DNA of 64,000 bases from positions 558,001 through 622,000 of the forward strand of contig OZ234493.1 in NCBI GenBank assembly GCA_965153455.1, read 5' to 3'. The translations under genes were made by a program, and so were the position numbers. The notes beneath the pieces were generated by a model. It saw only the letters and a program-made list of their open reading frames with translations. It was not told the origin of the DNA and did not search any database. Shown here in pieces: positions 62,007-64,000 of the stretch; the first letter of the stretch is position 1; each line of letters opens with the position of its first letter. This stretch comes from Sphagnum compactum (lineage: Eukaryota).

Positions 62007-63198
62007 CTAAAAGAGAGGAAGTGCTTCCTTTCGGAACCAGTAGTCTTGGCTAGTGAGCTTTTCATCATACTTTTTATTGGCAATGATGTCTGTCACTTCC
62101 TCCATGTACGCACCATTTTGAATGCAGTCAAATGTACGGAGGTTTAACCGTGTAGAATTGTAGACATCATGGAACATGTACACGTGGGTGAAATGTCCTA
62201 CTTCTTTCATTAAGTGATACATGAAGTCTCTCCTGGTTGGATCATTCTGTGTTTTCACTTCTATAAGCACATTATGGACGTTATGGTCTTTGAACACACT
62301 TTTGGAGCCCTGAATCACAAATTCTTCATAACCTTCAGTGTCGATCTTCAAAAGAAGAATATCCTCCTTAACAACTGCATCAAGCTGAATCAGTTCCACA
62401 ATTTGTTTTTTGACTTTCTCTTTTTGCATTCCCAGCAAATGTTCTTGTCCAGTCAAGTTGACCTTATGTGTGCTCACACGGCCTCCTCCCCATCCCACAT
62501 CCTCGATGAATTCGACTTCTTTTCCCTGTGCACCAAACTCAACAATTTCAAACTTATGATTATCTACAGGTCAATAGTAAATGCATAAATTCACATACTA
62601 ATAAACCCTATGTTGTAAGCATTCATGATATAGTGCTCAATGTTGACATACATTGTAGACCTCATTGAAAATTTATTATGATGATCAACTCACTTGATGG
62701 AAAATATGGTGCTAATGGGTGGGTAGTATTTGTATCAGTCTACCTCTTCACCAATTGCCATTGGGTAAACTTTCCAAAGAGTGTGATTTGGATCAAGAAG
62801 AGCGGCAGTGGCTTCAAGGTATTGCCTTGGGTGCTTATTTGGTTCGAAGGATGCCACTTTACATCCTAATGCAGCAGCATATGCAGAAAAGTAACCCATA
62901 TTGGCACCAACATCTACCACAAGAGGACCTCTATTGCATCGTCCATCACCAAGAATGTACTTGAAAATCGTGGTAAGCACGGGTGCAAAGTAGCCCAAAG
63001 GCCGAATGAAAGTACAAACATCACATCTTTCGCAACCATCACAAACAAACATTGGAAAGTTGGGCTCTGTCTGGGTGTCCACTACGTTGAGAGATCCTTT
63101 GCGATTGAATTCAGCAGCGGTATCAAAAATGTCATGAAGGACATCCACCAATTTACGCCGGTCATGTAGGCTGGTAGACTTGTCATCTTGGTTGTCAA
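62007..63198 (-). CDS. FkbM/Methyltransf_21-family SAM-dependent methyltransferase, 3' exons 63198-62744 and 62525-62007 (5' exons not identified, probably beyond the window)
   Basis: VVDVGANMGYFSAYAAALGCKVASFEPN; ILLLKIDTEGYEEFVIQG; in-phase GAG|GTAGAC...CACAG|GGA junction. Confidence 0.88.
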
Positions 63199-63407
63199 CT
63201 GTTCACACAATCCTCAAACAAAAAATCAAATATGAATTCAAATACAATGTACATGGATGAAGTGGTTAATGACAAAAAGCCAGATGTCTGTTATGATAAT
63301 TCAGCATCTTGGTTGTCAACTGTTCACAATCCTCAAACAAAATCCAATAGGAATTCAAATACAATGTACATGGATGAAGTGGTTAATATTCACAAAAACC
63401 AGATATC
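63184..63407. repeat. 121-bp tandem duplication spanning an FkbM intron/exon boundary
   Basis: CATCTTGGTTGTCAACTGTTCACA...GATGAAGTGGTTAAT...CCAGAT at 63184 and 63305. Confidence 0.88.
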
Positions 63408-64000
63408 CCACTTCAGTTAATTAGACCACCTAATCAAATCTCCTTTCCTTCACATTCATTTCTTTTCACCAATTCTATTGAACTAACTTTTTCTCGGCCA
63501 TTTCCATTGACAGCTGAACATTTTCCAACTATTGTAACCTAAACAGTTAATTTTAAATTTAGTTAATCCAATTTAGCTTGATCTATTAGGGTTAACCAAT
63601 TTTAGTGTTGAATAATGGCCATTTTTAATCAAACACATTACTCTCGATCTACCAAGGGTTATCCAATTGTTACTCATGTGTCGTCACCCATTACATATTC
63701 CTTACTCAAATTGACAATCACCTAAAGGTCCATGTGCCCACCAATCCTTAGTTAAATTGTTAGATTTTCAAGAACGAAATGGGAAGATCATTCATCCAAA
63801 GCAACCAAAACAAAAAAAAACCATCCTAGGGTGTGTTTCATTCTGTTACCAATTATCAAAATTGATGTAAACTATGGATTCTTGATTCTTCCATACTTGT
63901 CCCCCACAACTACTTGACACACTAATTTCAAAACTCACATTAAGTAGACTAGATAGTCAGATATTTTACTAAAATATCATTTATTATTATCATATATTAC

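Overview
Eukaryotic land-plant nuclear DNA. The intron style, interspersed repeats and Tcn1-like retroelement suggest a bryophyte, probably Sphagnum (inference, no search run). Two gene-rich flanks surround a ~24 kb nest of Ty3/Gypsy chromoviruses (25541-49205). The left flank has a decayed Gypsy relic, a BTB-NPH3 gene, mitochondrial processing peptidase beta, a class III peroxidase and a CCCH-WD40 (ZFWD) gene. The right flank has a hAT transposase pseudogene interrupted by a TA-flanked MITE, an RWP-RK gene with an atypical N-terminal domain, a FAS1 gene and the 3' part of an FkbM-type methyltransferase gene. The nest resolves to the base: Galadriel-like element A (+, TSD AAGTT) sits inside B (-). 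B's left end is in an LTR remnant of family D and its right end is in the gag of C, so B has no matching TSD. C sits in the RT of a fungal-type Tcn1-like element E, whose 3' LTR carries solo LTR F (TSD CATGT). Most notable: a duplicated, co-varying polypurine-tract module in two diverged Gypsy families, a chimeric element implying a deletion, nonsense mutations shared in a mosaic pattern among copies, and the RWP-RK architecture.
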